Origin: Candidatus Eiseniibacteriota bacterium
GTDB lineage: Bacteria > Eisenbacteria > RBG-16-71-46 > JABDJR01 > JAWXBZ01
DNA length: 54,765 bases
Direction: 5' to 3'
Assembly: GCA_034440375.1 (NCBI GenBank)
Contig: JAWXBZ010000112.1
Location: forward strand, 1-54,765
The notes beneath the pieces were generated by a model. That model worked only from the letters and a program-made list of their open reading frames with translations. It was not told the DNA's origin and ran no database searches. Position 1 is the first letter of the stretch; each line of letters opens with the position of its first letter. A program made the position numbers and the translations under genes. Shown here one piece after another: positions 7,360-17,556 of this stretch.

Positions 7360-10043
7360 CCGGAGTAGGGTTCTTCCATCTCCGCCGGCGTGGGAAACGG
7401 CTCCCCGCCGTGCCGCCGATCCATCGAAGCAAAACGCGTCTGGTCCCGAAGAAATGTCAGGTGAATCGTATCCGTCGGACCATTCCGCTGCTTGGCCACA
7501 ATGATCTCCGCCACGTTCTCATTCTCATCCGTCTTGTCATACATGGCCGGCCGGTAGACGAACATGACGACGTCGGCGTCCTGCTCGATCGCGCCCGAGT
7601 TGTGACTGACAATGCCATCGGCGAGCCATGAGGCCGGCCCCGGCACGGTCAGGTCAAACACCTCCTCCTCGCCAGCCGGAGTGATGGAGACAATCTCATC
7701 CCAGAAGATGTCATTTGTTGCGAGGCACCTCAGTTGATCATCCTCAAGAATGTCTGCATAGCTCATCAACGTGTCACGCGATGGGGAAAACTTGAAGTGG
7801 GCCGCGCCGCCGTAGGACGTCCCGCGGAGCTCGGCCATTCGACGGGTCGTGATGCCCCGCTCCTGCATGCCCGAACGTACCTGACTGAACACGTCGACCG
7901 GAATAGTGTCGACATTGGTGGTGGCAACGGTCAGTTTCGAGTTCAGGGTGTCGAACAGTTCCTTGTGTGCTGTACATCGTGGGCCAAAGGAGCCAACGCA
8001 ATTCAGGAAGAGGCTCTGCTGACTCCTGCCTGAAACATCCACGGAGAACGATGGACGGTAGCCGCTTTTTTTCGTCTGTCGGACCCGAGCCTGGATCCCC
8101 AGGCGAAGCAATAGCGCGGATATGTCGAGCGCCAGGCCCGGAGAGTTTGTCGCGTAATAGACGCGATGTGATCCACGACGTGAGGCCGGCGAGTTCCAGA
8201 TGCATCCGTCCGTTGCCCATAGATGTTGGAGAAGAAGGGCGATCTGGCGATTGGAGAGCCCGAAGGCCGCAGTCGGAATTCGTTTCTGCCATGAACGCTG
8301 ATTGAATATCCCAAGCCCACGCAACCAGGCATTGACGCCCAGCGGGCTCCAGCGGGTGCCGTTGCCCGTGATCAGTAACTGGTGCCATGTCCGACGACCG
8401 ACGTATCGCTTGACCTCCTGATCGAACTCACGACGGACGGCTTCCGCGACCAACCTTGAGTTTTCCTCGCTGCTGGTTGTGTACCGAAGTGGTTGGCCGC
8501 TCAAGTAGCTGCCATCGCCTATCAATTGCCCGAGGAGTGCCACTCGATCGTCCGGCCATTCCACCGGTCGCGCAGGTTCAGGAATCAGTCTCGCCATGGC
8601 GGGACGGCTTCCGATTGACAAGTCTTCGACTCGCCTCCACCCATCAATTGTGAACAATCGGTGCCGACCGGTTGCCCGCAGGACCCGCCCGCTGGCCAGT
8701 GTGATTTCGACGATCGGCTTCACCCCCACCGACCAGATCTTGTCCGAAGCGGCGACGACGAGCCGGCCCGATTGGGTCATGGAAAGGACATCCGGCGTCT
8801 GACCGACGAGTTCCCGAATCGGACGGCGCTCACCGCTGGCCAGGCATACCAGCGTGTCGCCGGTCACGCATTCCCTCAAATCCGACAGCATCGGCCGCTT
8901 GTCGCCGCCACGGGACTCGACGGCGCGCGACAACTGGCTGAGCGCCACGACCGGCACTTTCAGTTCCTTGGCCAGCGCCTTGAGCGATCGGCTGATCTGG
9001 CTGATTTCCTGCTGTCGGTTTTCGATGCCGGGGCCACCGCGGACGAGCTGGAGATAATCGATGATGATCATGCCGAGATCCACCTCGGCCGAAAGACGGC
9101 GGGCCTTGGCCCGCATTTCGAGGACCGTCGGTGAGGGGGAGTCATCGATATAGATCGGCGCTGCCGACAGTCGGTTGGCCGCGGCCGCCAGGGCCGGCCA
9201 GTCGGAATCGCGCAGGAAGCCCGTGCGCAGACGCTGGCCCGACACGCGACTCTGGCTGGAAAGGAGACGACGGATCAACTGCTCCTTCGACATTTCGAGG
9301 CTGAAGATGGCCACGGGCCGGGCGAACTTGAGCGCGGCGTTTTCGGCCACGTTCAGGCAGAACGCGGTCTTTCCCATCGAGGGCCGCCCGGCCACGATGA
9401 TGAGATCCGAGGGCTGGAAGCCGCTGGTCAGGATATCCAGATCGGCGAAGCCGGTTTCGACGCCGGTGATCGGATTCTTGCGCCGGGCCTGCTCCTCGAT
9501 GCTTTCAAAGGTGCCCTTCATCATCTGGCGCAGGCTCGTGAACGCCTTCTTGTCACGCTGGTCGGCGATGGCGAAGATCGATTCCTCCGCCTTGTCGAGC
9601 AGTTCGCCCGAGGGGAGCCGCCCGTCGTAGGCTTCCGCAACGATGCTCCCGGCGGCCGTGATCAATCGGCGAAGGATGGCTTTCTCGAAGACGATCCGCG
9701 CGTGGTATTCCACATGCGCCGCCGTGCCGATCTCGCTGATAAGCCCCGAAAGATAGGAAAGCCCGCCGACTTCCTCGACCCATCCGTTCCGATCGAGTTC
9801 GTTGGAGACGGTAATGACGTCCACCGCCTCACCCCGGTCGTACAGCGTGATGAGTACCTGGTAGATGCGCTTGTGGGCTCGGCGGTAGAAGCAGTCTTCG
9901 TCCAGGACCTCGATGCCGCGCCCGATCGCCTCGCGATCCAGCATCATGGCGCCGAGGACCATCCGCTCGGCGTCGAGCGCCTGGGGCGGGACGCGGCCGC
10001 CCGGCTCGGCGGAACCGGAATCCGGCATGTTGATCATGCTCAC
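7356..10043 (-). CDS. dnaB: replicative DNA helicase containing an intein
   Basis: GRPSMGKT, FSLEMS, IDYLQL, LSQLSR, RPMLSDLRE|SGAIEQDAD, KQRNGP. Confidence 0.96.
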   Translation of the reverse strand: MSMINMPDSGSAEPGGRVPPQALDAERMVLGAMMLDREAIGRGIEVLDEDCFYRRAHKRIYQVLITLYDRGEAVDVITVSNELDRNGWVEEVGGLSYLSGLISEIGTAAHVEYHARIVFEKAILRRLITAAGSIVAEAYDGRLPSGELLDKAEESIFAIADQRDKKAFTSLRQMMKGTFESIEEQARRKNPITGVETGFADLDILTSGFQPSDLIIVAGRPSMGKTAFCLNVAENAALKFARPVAIFSLEMSKEQLIRRLLSSQSRVSGQRLRTGFLRDSDWPALAAAANRLSAAPIYIDDSPSPTVLEMRAKARRLSAEVDLGMIIIDYLQLVRGGPGIENRQQEISQISRSLKALAKELKVPVVALSQLSRAVESRGGDKRPMLSDLRECVTGDTLVCLASGERRPIRELVGQTPDVLSMTQSGRLVVAASDKIWSVGVKPIVEITLASGRVLRATGRHRLFTIDGWRRVEDLSIGSRPAMARLIPEPARPVEWPDDRVALLGQLIGDGSYLSGQPLRYTTSSEENSRLVAEAVRREFDQEVKRYVGRRTWHQLLITGNGTRWSPLGVNAWLRGLGIFNQRSWQKRIPTAAFGLSNRQIALLLQHLWATDGCIWNSPASRRGSHRVYYATNSPGLALDISALLLRLGIQARVRQTKKSGYRPSFSVDVSGRSQQSLFLNCVGSFGPRCTAHKELFDTLNSKLTVATTNVDTIPVDVFSQVRSGMQERGITTRRMAELRGTSYGGAAHFKFSPSRDTLMSYADILEDDQLRCLATNDIFWDEIVSITPAGEEEVFDLTVPGPASWLADGIVSHNSGAIEQDADVVMFVYRPAMYDKTDENENVAEIIVAKQRNGPTDTIHLTFLRDQTRFASMDRRHGGEPFPTPAEMEEPYSG
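7599..8870 (-). mobile_element. 424-aa intein with LAGLIDADG homing endonuclease
   Basis: Starts CVTGDT, has the ATGRH block B, LLGQLIGDG and LLQHLWATDG endonuclease blocks and VFDLTV, and ends SHN followed by +1 Ser. Confidence 0.93.
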
Positions 10044-10059
10044 ATCTCCCGGCGGCCGG

Positions 10060-10998
10060 TCATTCCGCCACCGGATCGGCGCCGCGCTTCGGGGCCAGGT
10101 AGATATCGCGAACTAGCTTCACATCCTCCCACGCCGCCCGCTTAAACGACGGGCTGCGCAGAAGAAACGCCGGATGGTACGTCGGCACGACCGGAATCCC
10201 CTTGTAGTGAAAGATCTTTCCCCGCAGGGCGCCGATTGTAGACTTCGGCCCCGCGCCGGTCAGCAACTGGGCCGAGTATTTTCCGAGCGTGCAGAGGACA
10301 CGCGGCTGCACCAATTCGATCTGCTGTTCCAGCCAGGGCCAGCACGCTTCAATTTCGTGCGGCAGCGGGTCGCGGTTTTCAGGTGGCCGGCACTTCAAGA
10401 CGTTGGCGATGTAGACGTCGTTCCGATCGAACCCCATCGCCGTGATGATGTCGGTCAACAATTGACCCGCCCGTCCGACGAACGGCACACCCTGCTGGTC
10501 TTCGTGAAACCCGGGAGCCTCGCCGACAAACATGATGGCATGCCGCGCCGTTCCGCCGGAAAAGACCACCTGTGTTCGACCCTCGCAGAGGCCGCACTTC
10601 GGGCAGGTCGAGGCTTCGATCCGCATCGCCTCGAGCGCGGCCGTCATGACCGCAAGATCCCGGGTGTCGTCGACGGGAATGGTAACGGGAGGCAACGCCG
10701 TACCGCCAGAGCGCGACACCGGCTCGGCGACGGCCGGCGAGATCGGCGCCCTGGGCAGCGGCGTCCTGGTCGTCGCCGGTGCGACCGGTGGCGTATCGGC
10801 GGACAACAATCGGGAGCCCGGAGGCGACACCCGCCCAGAGGCAACGAGGCGCGGCCCGGCGGCCACTCTTGCGCCCTGTGCCATCCAGTCGGTCAGCTCC
10901 GAATCAACGATGGTCGAACGCCCCACCCTCTTTTCGTGATCGACATGACGCCGCACATCACGGACAAGCCTTGCCAGTTCCGAGCACTCGTCGCTCAT
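10060..10998 (-). CDS. family 4 uracil-DNA glycosylase
   Basis: CPKCGLC, VGEAPG, PFVGRAG, NVLKCRPPENR, TYHPAFLLR. Confidence 0.92.
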   Translation of the reverse strand: MSDECSELARLVRDVRRHVDHEKRVGRSTIVDSELTDWMAQGARVAAGPRLVASGRVSPPGSRLLSADTPPVAPATTRTPLPRAPISPAVAEPVSRSGGTALPPVTIPVDDTRDLAVMTAALEAMRIEASTCPKCGLCEGRTQVVFSGGTARHAIMFVGEAPGFHEDQQGVPFVGRAGQLLTDIITAMGFDRNDVYIANVLKCRPPENRDPLPHEIEACWPWLEQQIELVQPRVLCTLGKYSAQLLTGAGPKSTIGALRGKIFHYKGIPVVPTYHPAFLLRSPSFKRAAWEDVKLVRDIYLAPKRGADPVAE

Positions 10999-12263
10999 CG
11001 GGAAGTCGTGGCGCCGTCAAGGAGGCCGACGACGCGATCGAAGATGGCCCGTGCCACCTGGCGCTTGGACTGGAGCGGCAGCTTTTCGGTGGCGCCGCCG
11101 GCCGCGATCAACGTGACTTCGTTGGTATCACCGCCGAATTCAGAACCGGATCGGGTTGGATTGTTGAGCACGATCAAGTCGACCCCCTTGTCGGCCAGTT
11201 TCTTTCTTGCCGATTCCAGTTCCGAACTCGTTTCGAGAGCGAACCCGACCATGATCTGCCCCTTTTGCCGCCGGCCCGCAGCCTCTTTCAGGATATCAAT
11301 CGTTGGCTCGAGTTCGATGGCGTCAAGGCCACCGGTGCGTTTGATCTTGTCGGTGGCCGGATTCATCGGCCGAAAATCGGCCACGGCCGCGGCGGCAACC
11401 AGGATGTCGGCATCCTTCATGGCATCGAGGACTGCACCCCGCATGGCAAGGGCGGTCGTTGCGGACACGATTGAAACCCCGGCCGGCGGCTCGACGGACA
11501 GGACACCGCTCACCATCACCACGCGGGCCCCGCGATCCCGAGCTTCCTCGGCCAGCGCCACACCCATCCGCCCGCTGCTCCGGTTGGTCAGGACACGTAC
11601 CGGATCGATCGGCTCCTCGGTGCGACCGGCGGTGAGGACCACCGTACGACCGGCAAGATCGTTCCGGCGAATGAGTCCCGCGCGAAGGCTCTCGTGAATC
11701 TCGGTCGGCTCGGCCATCCGTCCGACCCCCGTCTCGCCGCAGGCCTGGTAGCCGGCTCCCGGTTCGATGATGACAGCGCCGCGCGAACGCAGCAGGGCCA
11801 GGTTGGCCTGCGTGGCGGGGTGATTCCACATGCGGTGGTTCATGGCCGGGGCAAGGAATACGCGCGGGCCGGCGGCCAGGAGCACGGTGGTCAGGGCATC
11901 ATCGGCCAGGCCGTGTGCGACTTTGGCCAGGAGGTCGGCGGTGGCGGGCGCCACCACGACCAAGTCTGCGTCCTTGATGATGTCGATGTGCTCGATGCCC
12001 GGGGCGATTTCGTCCGGGGCCCAGCTATCGGGCGCGCCGTCGGGCCTCATGCCCGGCGCCGCATCCGATTCGAACAGGTGCACCAGCACCGGATGGCCCG
12101 ACAGGGTGCCGAGCGTCAAGGGCGTCACGAAGCGGGTGGCGGCGCGGCTCATGACCACGCGCACGTCCATCCCGTCCTTGACCAGGAGTCGTACCAGCTC
12201 GGCCGATTTGTATGCGGCGATGCCGCCGCTGACGCCAAGCACGATGCGAGGTTCTGCACTCAC
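10995..12263 (-). CDS. coaBC: phosphopantothenoylcysteine decarboxylase/ligase
   Basis: GGIAAYK, APATAD, PAMNHRM, ACGETGVGRM, IDPVRVLTNRSSGRMG, AAVADFRP, GFALET. Confidence 0.95.
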   Translation of the reverse strand: MSAEPRIVLGVSGGIAAYKSAELVRLLVKDGMDVRVVMSRAATRFVTPLTLGTLSGHPVLVHLFESDAAPGMRPDGAPDSWAPDEIAPGIEHIDIIKDADLVVVAPATADLLAKVAHGLADDALTTVLLAAGPRVFLAPAMNHRMWNHPATQANLALLRSRGAVIIEPGAGYQACGETGVGRMAEPTEIHESLRAGLIRRNDLAGRTVVLTAGRTEEPIDPVRVLTNRSSGRMGVALAEEARDRGARVVMVSGVLSVEPPAGVSIVSATTALAMRGAVLDAMKDADILVAAAAVADFRPMNPATDKIKRTGGLDAIELEPTIDILKEAAGRRQKGQIMVGFALETSSELESARKKLADKGVDLIVLNNPTRSGSEFGGDTNEVTLIAAGGATEKLPLQSKRQVARAIFDRVVGLLDGATTSR

Positions 12264-12294
12264 CGCGACACTCCCCGAAAAGGAACGACGCGGA

Positions 12295-12525
12295 TCAGGT
12301 CGTCGGCGGCAGTGCCGGCGGCGGCGGCGGCGGCTCGTAACGATACTTCACTTCGCCGCTCAGGTAGCGCCTCATGGCGATGTCGGTGACCCGCCCCTTC
12401 AATTCGCGCCCCTGTTGATGCGCCAACTCGTTCAGTCGCCGCGCTTCGCGCCCGGCCACTACCACCATTTCATACTTGTTGATCATCGATTCCGGCGGCG
12501 TCGTCCTGATCTTGCTATCCGGCAC
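12295..12525 (-). CDS. rpoZ: RNA polymerase omega subunit
   Basis: NKYEMVVVAGREARRLN motif, position between gmk and coaBC, SD AAAGGAG before the GTG. Confidence 0.85.
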   Translation of the reverse strand: MPDSKIRTTPPESMINKYEMVVVAGREARRLNELAHQQGRELKGRVTDIAMRRYLSGEVKYRYEPPPPPPALPPTT

Positions 12526-12758
12526 GTGTCACTCCTTTAAGATGGTAAGAGGGCAAGAAGGATACCACGGGTGGCGGAGGCTGGGTATCCGGGTGTCGCA
12601 GGTGTCAGATTCTGGAAGGCGGCGCTCATCGACACATCTTGAATCCTGACCGCTTAGTCATTTGAACACAAGCACTTGCGTGTTGGACTGTCCGCCAACT
12701 ACTAAAATTATTGACGTCAGTAGTTGGTCCCTCATCGGGGCGGGCATTGGCTGCAGTC

Positions 12759-13376
12759 CTAGCCCAGCAGCCGCCCCGTCCGGTGCCGCTCCCCCCGCAA
12801 CACATCCCGTACCCGCTCCACCGTCTCCTCCAATTCCGCGTTGACGACCAGGTAGTCGTAGGCCGGCGATGTGGCGATTTCGCCGCGGGCGTTCGTCAGG
12901 CGGCGTTGGATGGCTTCCTCAGAGTCACTGGCCCGACGGCGCAACCTTGCTTCCACGACGGCCATCGATGGCGGCAGGATGAAAATGAGGACGGCGTCCG
13001 GGCGCGCTTTCTGGATCAGGAGACCCCCCTGCACATCGATGTTCATGACCACGCCGCGACCGGCGGACAGGTTGGCTTCGAGCGGCGCTTTTGGCGTGCC
13101 GTAGTAGTGGTCGTGGACGCGGGCCCACTCGAGGAAGCCGTTGGCGGCAATGAGCGCCTCGAACTGGTCGTCGGTTTTGAAGTGGTAGTGAAGTCCGTCT
13201 GCTTCGTAGGCGCGGGGTTTTCGGCTGGTGGCGGAAATCGAGCAGACGAGCCACGGCTCCAGTTTCAGCAGCCTTTCGATGAGCACGGTCTTCCCCACGC
13301 CCGAGGGGCCGGAAATCACGATCGGGAAGACAGGAGTGCCGGGGCGGGCGTCGAGGGGGTCCTTCGGCGTCATCAA
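12759..13376 (-). CDS. gmk: guanylate kinase
   Basis: SGPSGVGKT, SATSRKPR, FLEWARVHDHYYGT, IDVQG, ILPPS. Confidence 0.95.
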   Translation of the reverse strand: MMTPKDPLDARPGTPVFPIVISGPSGVGKTVLIERLLKLEPWLVCSISATSRKPRAYEADGLHYHFKTDDQFEALIAANGFLEWARVHDHYYGTPKAPLEANLSAGRGVVMNIDVQGGLLIQKARPDAVLIFILPPSMAVVEARLRRRASDSEEAIQRRLTNARGEIATSPAYDYLVVNAELEETVERVRDVLRGERHRTGRLLG

Positions 13377-14258
13377 CTACTCGATGTTCTGGACCTGTTC
13401 GCGGATCACCTCGATCTCCTCCTTGACGACAATGACTTCGCGGGCGATGTCGACGTCGTTGGATTTGGAGCCGATGGTGTTGACCTCACGATTCATTTCC
13501 TGGACAAGGAAGTTGAGCTTGCGTCCGGCGGGCTCGGGTGCGGCAGCCAATTTCTTGAACTGGTCGCAGTGGGAACGGAGGCGGACGGCTTCCTCGGTGC
13601 AGTCGAGGCGGTCGGCGAGGAATGAGGCTTCGACCACGATCCGTTCCTCGGGGATCTCGGCCTCGCCGGCGAGGAGCTGGTTGATCCGGGCCCGCAGCTT
13701 TTCCTTGAGCTCGGTGACGCGGACCGGCGAGCGCGTGACAATCAACTCGAGGCGGGTCAGGATCGTGTCGACACGGGTCTCGAGATCGCGACGCAGGGTT
13801 CTTCCCTCTTCCTCACGCATGCGGAGCAGGTCGGTCAGGCAGGCCGCGGTCAGTTCGTCGAGGATCTCGGCGGCCAGGGCTTCGTCGACGGAGGGCTCGC
13901 GCCAGCGGAAGACATCGGGCAGGCCGACCAGCGTCTTCAGATCGACCGCTTCCGCGAACTGGAACTGCTGCCGAAGACTGTTCAGGGCATTGACGTACTG
14001 CGCCGCCAGCGCCTCGTCCACGGTCAGCACGCCTTCCTGATCGCGTCCGTCCTTCCACCCGATGGTGATGTTGACCTTGCCGCGGGTGAGCGTTTCCTGA
14101 ATTTTTTGACGGACGCGCGGTTCGAGATTGGAGAGCGATCGCGGGAGGCGCGCCGACACCTCACAAAATTTGTGATTGACGGTTCGAACCTCGGCGGTCA
14201 AGGCAAGCCCGTCCCGGTCGATTTCGGCGCGGCCGAAGCCAGTCATGCTACGGATCAT
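13377..14258 (-). CDS. yicC: YicC/YloC family endoribonuclease
   Basis: MIRSMTGFG, RTVNHKF, GRKLNFLVQEMNREVNTIGSK, REQVQNIE. Confidence 0.93.
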   Translation of the reverse strand: MIRSMTGFGRAEIDRDGLALTAEVRTVNHKFCEVSARLPRSLSNLEPRVRQKIQETLTRGKVNITIGWKDGRDQEGVLTVDEALAAQYVNALNSLRQQFQFAEAVDLKTLVGLPDVFRWREPSVDEALAAEILDELTAACLTDLLRMREEEGRTLRRDLETRVDTILTRLELIVTRSPVRVTELKEKLRARINQLLAGEAEIPEERIVVEASFLADRLDCTEEAVRLRSHCDQFKKLAAAPEPAGRKLNFLVQEMNREVNTIGSKSNDVDIAREVIVVKEEIEVIREQVQNIE

Positions 14259-14285
14259 GGGTTGGCACGATATCATACAAGCCTC

Positions 14286-16040
14286 ATGGAATCCCTGACC
14301 CTTCGCGCCATCCGACGCGAGATTGAAACCCGCCTGCCGATCACGGTTCGCGCCCTTCGGCCCGGACCGGCCGGCGCTGGCATGGAGCTGGTGCTGGGTG
14401 ATGGCACGATCATCCTTGATGCGGACGGCCGGAGGCCGGCCCTTCGGACGCTTCCGGCGCCGGCGGGTACCGGCCGATCGACCGGGCGCAAGCCAGAGTT
14501 TGAGTGGACCGGAGCACCGGCTTACCACGAGATCGCCTGGCACCTGGGCACGCGGGCCGTTGGTGGTCGGCTGGTGTCCATCTCCGGCCATGGACTCGAT
14601 CGAATTCTGGGCCTGACGTTCGAGCAGAAAGACCGCTTCGGCGATGCGCGGCGGACGACGCTGGTAATCGAGATTTTTGGTGCCTTCGTCAATTTTCTCG
14701 TGCTGGACGGGGGATTCGACGGGGCGATTCTCTCGCGACTGCGCGACGACAACCGCGGGTCAGCGGGGACGCGACTGGGACGCGGGCGCCGCTACGAACC
14801 GCCGGCGCGCGATCGCATCGACCTGGAGCTGGACGGGGCAGCGGCCCTCATCGAGCGCCTGCGGATTGAAGGGCGGCTGGACCGCGCGGCGGTCGGCGTC
14901 GGCCCGCTCGTCCATCGGGAAATCCTCGCACGGGCCGGCGGGGTGACTCCCGAGGCCCTGGCCGACGCGCTGGCCGATCTGGTCCGCCAGGTCGACGAGC
15001 GCCCGGAACCGGGCGTTTCCGGGGGCCGGGCGCTCCCCTTTCGACCGCTGGAGTCCCCGGATTGGTGCTCAGCCCCTTCATTTGACGAGGCGCTGGACAT
15101 GGTCAACGCCGCGGCGACTCAGCCAAAGAAAATCGAGGCCGGCGGCGCGGCACGGCGCGAACTGGCGGCGGAACTGGCGCGGCGGCGCGCGGCGGCCGCG
15201 AAGCGCCTCGATCAACTGGAGAGCGAACGCGAACGCCACCCCGACGAGACGACACCGCGACGCTACGCCGAAACCCTGCTGGCCGCCTCCGACCGCGTGC
15301 CGCGCGGGGTGAGCGAGGTGCTCCTCGCTGCGGCAGATGGCGAAGGGGAGTTGACCATCCCCCTTGATCCCGGAAAGTCCGTGCCGGAAAACGCCGATCG
15401 CTGGTTCCGGGAGGCCAGGAAAGCCCGCCAGTCGGCCGAGCGGCTACCCCGCGAGATCGAGCGGGCGAAACGCGAGGCGGAGCGCTGGACCGCCTTCGAG
15501 GCCCGACTGGCCCAAATCCCCGACCAGGATGCCGCCAGTGCCAGAGCGCTGGCCGGCGAGATCTATGGCCAACCAGGCCCGGCAGGAACAAGACTCACCA
15601 CCCCATCCTCGAAACAGGGCCCGGCCAAAGGCGCGGGCCGCCAGGGCGAAATCCCGGCAAACCTGCTACCCAAACGATACATTTCTCGGGGCTGGACGAT
15701 CCTGGTCGGCCGGAGCCAGGCGGGCAACGATTTCCTGACGCATCGCCTGGCCGAACCACACGATCTCTGGTTTCATGCTCACGGCTGCGCCGGATCGCAT
15801 GTTGTCCTGAAAGCGCCCGACCGAAAGATCGAACCGGACCGGGCGATCCTCGAGGCGGCGGCGGCCCTGGCCGCCCTGAACAGCAAGGCCAGGAATGCAG
15901 CGCGTGTGCCGGTCATCTATGCTGAGAAGCGTCATGTGCGAAAACCCCGGGGGTCCAAGCCGGGTCTGGCGGCCGTGACGAACGAAAAATCGCTGATGGT
16001 GAAGCCGGGCGAGCCGGCCGGGACCACGGAGGACGGATGA
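14286..16040 (+). CDS. NFACT family (RqcH/FbpA-like) ribosome quality-control protein
   Basis: DRILGLTF, LVIEIFG..N, ENADRWF, VGRSQAGNDFLT, WFHAHGCAGSHV, VRKPRGSKPGL. Confidence 0.88.
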   Translation: MESLTLRAIRREIETRLPITVRALRPGPAGAGMELVLGDGTIILDADGRRPALRTLPAPAGTGRSTGRKPEFEWTGAPAYHEIAWHLGTRAVGGRLVSISGHGLDRILGLTFEQKDRFGDARRTTLVIEIFGAFVNFLVLDGGFDGAILSRLRDDNRGSAGTRLGRGRRYEPPARDRIDLELDGAAALIERLRIEGRLDRAAVGVGPLVHREILARAGGVTPEALADALADLVRQVDERPEPGVSGGRALPFRPLESPDWCSAPSFDEALDMVNAAATQPKKIEAGGAARRELAAELARRRAAAAKRLDQLESERERHPDETTPRRYAETLLAASDRVPRGVSEVLLAAADGEGELTIPLDPGKSVPENADRWFREARKARQSAERLPREIERAKREAERWTAFEARLAQIPDQDAASARALAGEIYGQPGPAGTRLTTPSSKQGPAKGAGRQGEIPANLLPKRYISRGWTILVGRSQAGNDFLTHRLAEPHDLWFHAHGCAGSHVVLKAPDRKIEPDRAILEAAAALAALNSKARNAARVPVIYAEKRHVRKPRGSKPGLAAVTNEKSLMVKPGEPAGTTEDG

Positions 16041-17467
16041 GAAGTCCGATCAAAGGCGCGACAAGTCGCATGATCCCGGTGATGGCTGCCCTCCTCTCGG
16101 CCGGCTGCAGCGGGGATGGGGGCGGAGGAAATGGTCCCGGGAACCGCGCACCGGTCATCGAGCGGATCGTGGCCGCGCCGTCGACCGTGCCCCGGGGTGG
16201 TTTCAGCCAGTTCAGCGCACTGGCAAGCGACGCCGATGGCGACAGCCTCCGTTACGCCTGGACAGCCGAGGCCGGCACCTTCTTCAGCACCGACCTCGCT
16301 CGCGTCGGCTGGACCGCCCCGAATACAGCGGGCATCGTTCAGGTCCGCGTGGTGGTCAGCGACGCTGATGGCGCCGATTCGGCCCTGGCCAACATCGTGG
16401 TCGGTTCCGGCGCCTTGATTGTCGATAGTAACCCGCCGGGGGCCCTGGTTTATCTGAACGCAAGCCTCCGGCCGGGGAAGACCCCGATTCAGTTCAACAG
16501 CCTGGCCGCCGGCGATTACAACGTGCAACTGGCCAGCCTCTACTTCCGGTACGAACCGATCGAGATCGATGCCACGGTGACGGACGGCGAGACGACGCGG
16601 GTCCTGTTTTCACTGCCCGCCCCGCTGACTGAAATCGTCGACCTGGGGCCCGGTTCATACGAGGAGATCGGCGGTATCGCCTACACCGAGGGGGGATTCG
16701 GATTGGTGTACAGCGCCCGGACGGGAAACAACACCAATCTCCATGCCGCGAGCCTCGTCCCGACCCATGTCGGCACCAACGGCCGGGTTCTCCACCCGGA
16801 CGCCACGCTGATCGAACCGATGAGCTTGAGGGTCATCCCCTTCGCGCCCGAGCTGGCATTCGTGGCCGGCGACGACATCCAGATCGGCGTGCTGAACGAC
16901 GTCAACCTGGACGGCCTCATGGAATCGATCGAGCCGGTGCGGCGGTTGAACGGCACCAGTGGCTCGGCCTTCGCGCCGGCTTTCAACGCGGAAGGCAACC
17001 TGCTGGCATTCAGTCTCATGCCCTCGTCGCAGCCAAACAGCAGCGACCTGATGCTCGAGGGAGACTTTGACAGCTCACGAGTCAGCCGCGTGCGGCTGGT
17101 GTCCCCCCGGGGCGGCAATTCCCCCGGCTACCGACCCGACAACTCGCTCATCTATGAGTCGGGCGGCGAGATCTACCACGTGTATGTCGACACGCTGAGA
17201 CCCACGCTGCCCATCAAACTGACCGACACGGGGGGATTCGTTCGTTCACCGGTCGTTTCCCCGAACGGCGACCATATTGCCTACTTGGACTCACGCGGGC
17301 AGCTTCGCGTTTTCATACCGGACATTAATGTGACGACGACCCTGCTCCAGAACGTTCGATCCCACCGGGTGGCCTGGTCGCCGGACAGCCGCGAGCTCAT
17401 CATCGCCGACAACCCTCCGGGAGGTCCGGCACGCCTTTTGCTCATCAAGGAACTGCCGTTCCCCTGA
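16037..17467 (+). CDS. lipoprotein with Ig/PKD-like, PEGA and TolB-like propeller segments
   Basis: Lipobox LLSAGC, NRAP..DADGD.L.Y.W, VDSNPPGALVYLN (PEGA), SPNGD and WSPDS repeats. Confidence 0.75.
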   Translation: MRSPIKGATSRMIPVMAALLSAGCSGDGGGGNGPGNRAPVIERIVAAPSTVPRGGFSQFSALASDADGDSLRYAWTAEAGTFFSTDLARVGWTAPNTAGIVQVRVVVSDADGADSALANIVVGSGALIVDSNPPGALVYLNASLRPGKTPIQFNSLAAGDYNVQLASLYFRYEPIEIDATVTDGETTRVLFSLPAPLTEIVDLGPGSYEEIGGIAYTEGGFGLVYSARTGNNTNLHAASLVPTHVGTNGRVLHPDATLIEPMSLRVIPFAPELAFVAGDDIQIGVLNDVNLDGLMESIEPVRRLNGTSGSAFAPAFNAEGNLLAFSLMPSSQPNSSDLMLEGDFDSSRVSRVRLVSPRGGNSPGYRPDNSLIYESGGEIYHVYVDTLRPTLPIKLTDTGGFVRSPVVSPNGDHIAYLDSRGQLRVFIPDINVTTTLLQNVRSHRVAWSPDSRELIIADNPPGGPARLLLIKELPFP

Positions 17468-17556
17468 GCGAGGCTGCATTTATAATGAGGTCCTCCAGCT
17501 TTTCCCGGGGTAAGTCCGCCTGTCCAATTTTCAAAAACATCCAGAGGGACTTTTCG

